A stretch of DNA of 64,000 nucleotides, taken from Ranitomeya imitator (Eukaryota). The notes under the pieces are model-generated. The model was given only the letters and a program-made list of their open reading frames with translations. It was not told the origin of the DNA and searched no databases. The position numbers were made by a program, and so were the translations under genes. The stretch spans positions 8,804,001 to 8,868,000 of the forward strand of contig NC_091290.1 of assembly GCF_032444005.1 (NCBI RefSeq), read 5' to 3'. How positions within the stretch are numbered: position 1 is the first letter of the stretch; each line of letters starts with the position of its first letter. Positions 60,102 to 64,000 of this stretch are shown here, in pieces.

Positions 60102-63100
60102 CTATGGAGAGGAGATAGAGGGTAGATTTAGGGCACCGAATAAAGGAAACCGGCTAAGACATTGGTAGACAATTTTTTTATATATATATTTTTTTATTTG
60201 AAGACAATTTTGGGCCCGTTTTTAATGTAAAAAAAAAAAAAAAGTGGACAATGGCTCTAGTGCATCCCCCGATTACTTTTGAATCCTACTGAGGCTAAGC
60301 TCCCATGATGTTTTGGCCTGATAAAACGTCACAAATGTCTGATCACGGCACATGACTACATTCACACCAATATATTTCCAGTCGGTCAATGAACGTGCAT
60401 GAGGGATTTCTCACACTGATTGTCAAAAAAAAAAATTGCAGCCTGCGCTAGTTCTGTGCATTTTGCACCACTTTTATTCGCAATTCTGTCCGTGATGCAA
60501 CTTGACGCGTGCAGTGTATGATGCAATTATTTACACCAAATGTGGATCCCGCAGGATGGAAACGCAAAAGTCCATTTCCTATTTCTTTTGACTCTACAGC
60601 GCCTTTGGCTTAAAAAAAATACATAAACTACAACAAAAATTGTGTATGATTCCAGGGATAAAATCTACCATATTTGCCAACACTACGTAGCTGACATGTT
60701 GGAGGATTATTTTGGTGTAAGTGCGCTCATATGTGGAGTCACCTATGCTTTTTAGTAACTTTGTAAGTATACACTTTGGCATACGTCTGTCTCAGAGAAA
60801 CCCATGGGGACAATGTACGTCCTACACGGGTAAAAACGTGAGTAGGAACAGGGCCTTACTTGTGCATCGGTTGTGATCAGTTGCTGGTGAGGTCTGCCCT
60901 ATAGTAAAAGTAACACCATATGTTAAATCATCATGGAGATAAGGACCTTTACCGTGTAAGACGAACACCACTCAATAATTGTACCAGCAGTTACATCTGA
61001 TACGTGATGACACTAATAAAAGCCGATTCACAATGTGCCTCCGATAATCTGAGCTGTACCCCCTCATTGCTGCAGGGCAGTCTCTCTGCCCAGACACCAG
61101 ATCCTGACCACTCAGCCATGTGTCAGGAAAAAACAACCCTTAATAAAATGTCCTCTGCGTAACATGCATGACCTTAAGAAAACCATAGCTCACCAAGTCT
61201 TCAGCCATGGACTGGACAGCAATGTCGATAGAAAGGCTGCTCAGCTGAGGGGGGTTCTGAAACTCCCGGTAGAAGGTCCCCACGTCCATTGGAAGATCAT
61301 CTTTAGAAAAGGCCGGCCGCTACAAGAAAAACAAAACAATTTGCGTTATCATAAATGGGATTTGTTATAGTTGATCCGCTGGACAGAGGATGAAGATCCC
61401 CAATGATCACTGGTATGGCAGCGCTGAGCACACTGGTTCTTCTCCTGGCACAATTGCAGTGAGGAGACGATTGAGGGCACAGTGTCATCTAAATCTATTA
61501 ATAGACAGAGACCGCCAGTAATCAATGGGATCTCGGCGGACTGGACCTCCAGTTATTTGCAAGTGATCCACTATTTGTGAGAACAAACGGCAATTAAGGA
61601 CTAAGTCATCAATAAAAGATCGCTTGGAGTCCGACACCCGGCAGCCCCACTATTAGCGGTTTGCTGGTCATGCGATGGCCGTAAGTACAGAATGTATGGA
61701 GACAGAACAGCACAGCTGCTCACACCGTGTCATGGCCGCTCTACAGTATCAGGAGCTGTACATTGTCTACATCTGGCTGCTGCAGATGGGGATATTGATT
61801 GTCAGACCCCCACCGATCTCACAATGATGACCTACCCTAAGGGCGTAGTCAGACAACAATGCATAGATTGGCCGGCCGGTCTCCCAACCCGAGTGTTACA
61901 GGTGCATAGAAATATATGAAGCCGTCAAGCTCTGGTCGGGAGAGCCGCCGGCCAGTCCGTGCGTTGTGGTCAGTTTTATATGGTAGTCTGACTGCGTCCT
62001 GAAGGTAAGTCATTAATATCACAGACCTGGAATAAATATTAAATATTCATCTGACACATTACAATTTACTGTGCCGCAGTGACTAGATACTTGAAGCTGC
62101 ACATAGCAGCGGGCACGCAGTGTAGGGGATGGTCGTGCCAATATCAACCAGTAGTGATCTAGTTAGTAACAGATGTGAGTGGAGAATATGGACTCACGGA
62201 TGACTTGCATTCGTTTAATTTTACTTTTCAGGCAAGGGCCACTTACAAAGTCCACCATAACAAAATCATCCTGGGGCACGTCATTGCTGGAGCAGGAGCT
62301 CTGCAGGCTGCGGGCATCTGGCGACACCTCCACCGGCGTCTCAGGACAGATCACCTGCAACGGAAACACCTAGTGTATCAGGACAAAACATTTACATAGA
62401 TTAATGTGCTATTCAAAATGTTGTTCATATGTATCCTTATTGTGCTCTCTAAATTTTAATTTCCCTCGCTTTAGCCCCCCATCACCCCATGTTACCCCTC
62501 CCACTCGATTATGCCCTTTTTCTGTTATGTTAAAACCAATGAATATACTCGAAAAAAAGAAAAAAAAGAAAAAAAAAAAAAGAGAATGAATCGAGAGGTT
62601 GAACAGTAAAAAAAAAACAACAACAACAAAAAAAACATTTACACCCGTCCTCATCAGGTGGCATAATGGCAGGACTAAGCGACACGGGTCAGGGTTGCAG
62701 ACGTACCATGGGGTCGGTGTCCTCTGCATCAGTCTGTCTGGGTGCAAACACAGCAAATGGTATATCTGTACTGGCGTACGTGACCTGGGAATAGAGCAAA
62801 ACAGTTCATGCTTCATTATAGCGATGGCATGTGATCTAAAGGGATTGTCCGGTATAACTAATACTCGCCCCTTTAAGCCTTTGTCCCAGTCCCTGCTGGT
62901 CTCGTTTACTTACGGGCAGCTGATCACAATGTCCAGGCATATGACCGCTGCTGACAATCTCTGTCCAGAGAGGTCATGTGCTTAGGCATGGTAAGAAAAA
63001 ATGCATGCACTAGAGAGGAGGCGGCTTAAAGGGGATGAATCCTTTCGAGAGAAAAACAAAATTCATATACCAGGCACCCCCCTTAAGACCAGCACATGCG

Positions 63101-63949
63101 CCATCTTTTAAACGTGCATTCACTCACCTGAGGGGAAGGTTTGTCCACAAAGGCCCCAACTTTGCGTGTGAATAGGATATGTGGAGACTTATTTGGGGAG
63201 GCGCTCCTCCCTGCGGTGCTGCTGCCGGATGGGATGTCGGCTTCCTCACTGTGTAGAAGAACAAGAAGAGATGTGAAATCTGGGATAGGAAGGTCTGTGG
63301 GCATACAGGCCGAGGACTTACCTGCTGGAGGTGGTGCCAGTTGCGTGTGATGGCGAGGTCAGAGGCGCTCGGTCATGATCTGCTTGGGTGCCGTGTGCAG
63401 GGTGGGCCGTAATATTGGGCAATCCCCCGTCCTTTCCAGGCACCATCATCTATGAAGAGAATCAGCATCGGAGTTAAATGCCAGGACCTCGGCGTCACAT
63501 CCTCAGCATTAACCATAGCTCAGTCAGCTGTGAACCACCACACACCACTGAGAACATACAGAATGGGGACCCCTGGGAATTGGGTACCCCTGGGAATGAG
63601 GGTTACTAGCGGAGGCCAGAATCAATACAAGGTTCTTATAGAAATGTATTAACCCCTCAGACTTGGATTTACCAGAGTACTGGCCTTACAGAAAGAAAAT
63701 CTCCATGTAATACAGATTGTCCCGTATACTGGTACGAGTAACCACATCAGGTTCCCCTCCTCCCTAGAACCCTGCGCGGCCGAGCATCCTCGAGTCTTAC
63801 TCCCGTGCACTACGCCCGCTCCTCTTGTAGAGGAGTACCTGATGAGGGAGGGTAGCACTCACTCCAGCCGCCAAGGCCACAGGGTAGCCCAGGTCCGAGG
63901 ATCCAGCTCCAAGGACAGCTGGCTGGTAAGAAAGGCGAGAGCTGTACAG
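60024..63949 (-). CDS. ATG13: Autophagy-related protein 13, last seven coding exons: 63949-63839, 63449-63322, 63248-63128, 62784-62707, 62354-62247, 61319-61194, 60101-60024
   Basis: Frame-consistent GT-AG exons giving [40 protein letters not shown]-type [26 protein letters not shown] and C-terminal [25 protein letters not shown]. Confidence 0.96.
61194..61319 (-). CDS. ATG13: ATG13 exon
   Basis: [42 protein letters not shown]|gtgagc. Confidence 0.96.
62247..62354 (-). CDS. ATG13: ATG13 exon with LIR motif
   Basis: [36 protein letters not shown]|gtaagt. Confidence 0.94.
62707..62784 (-). CDS. ATG13: ATG13 exon
   Basis: [26 protein letters not shown]|gtacgt. Confidence 0.92.
63128..63248 (-). 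CDS. ATG13: ATG13 exon
   Basis: [40 protein letters not shown]|gtgagt. Confidence 0.93.
63322..63449 (-). CDS. ATG13: ATG13 exon
   Basis: [42 protein letters not shown]|gtaagt. Confidence 0.9.
63839..63949 (-). CDS. ATG13: ATG13 111-nt exon
   Basis: ttccag|[37 protein letters not shown]|gtactc; internal alternative donor at 63863. Confidence 0.88.
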
Positions 63950-64000
63950 CTGGAAAGCGAGAGAAAGTAAGAAACGGAAACAAAGGAAATGCAAGATTAA

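Overview
Repeat-rich vertebrate genomic DNA, most likely an anuran amphibian (inferred from the TTAA-target T2-type MITE, Tc1 families, L2/V-SINE pair and gene order). Four spliced genes were reconstructed by hand from GT-AG boundaries and reading-frame continuity: the 5' part of ZNF408 (minus, runs off the left edge), a complete ARHGAP1 (plus, 12 coding exons, 438 aa) sharing a compact bidirectional promoter with ZNF408, an SPSB3-like SPRY+SOCS-box gene (minus, about 244 aa) between ARHGAP1 and ATG13, and the last seven exons of ATG13 (minus). The remainder holds about a dozen minisatellite arrays, four Tc1/mariner copies (one with an intact DD34E ORF and 200-bp TIRs), two L2 LINE fragments, a tRNA-derived SINE and a 1-kb fold-back MITE. 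The most striking non-annotated signals are (i) a small non-coding mobile element with 14-bp flanking duplications carrying a complete minimal type I hammerhead ribozyme, in two copies, plus three degenerate hammerhead-like relatives, and (ii) a 17-nt tandem repeat that builds a chain of eleven AUGA-overlapping 6-codon uORFs ending on the probable start codon of the SPSB3-like gene. All calls are by eye; no database search or folding program was run.
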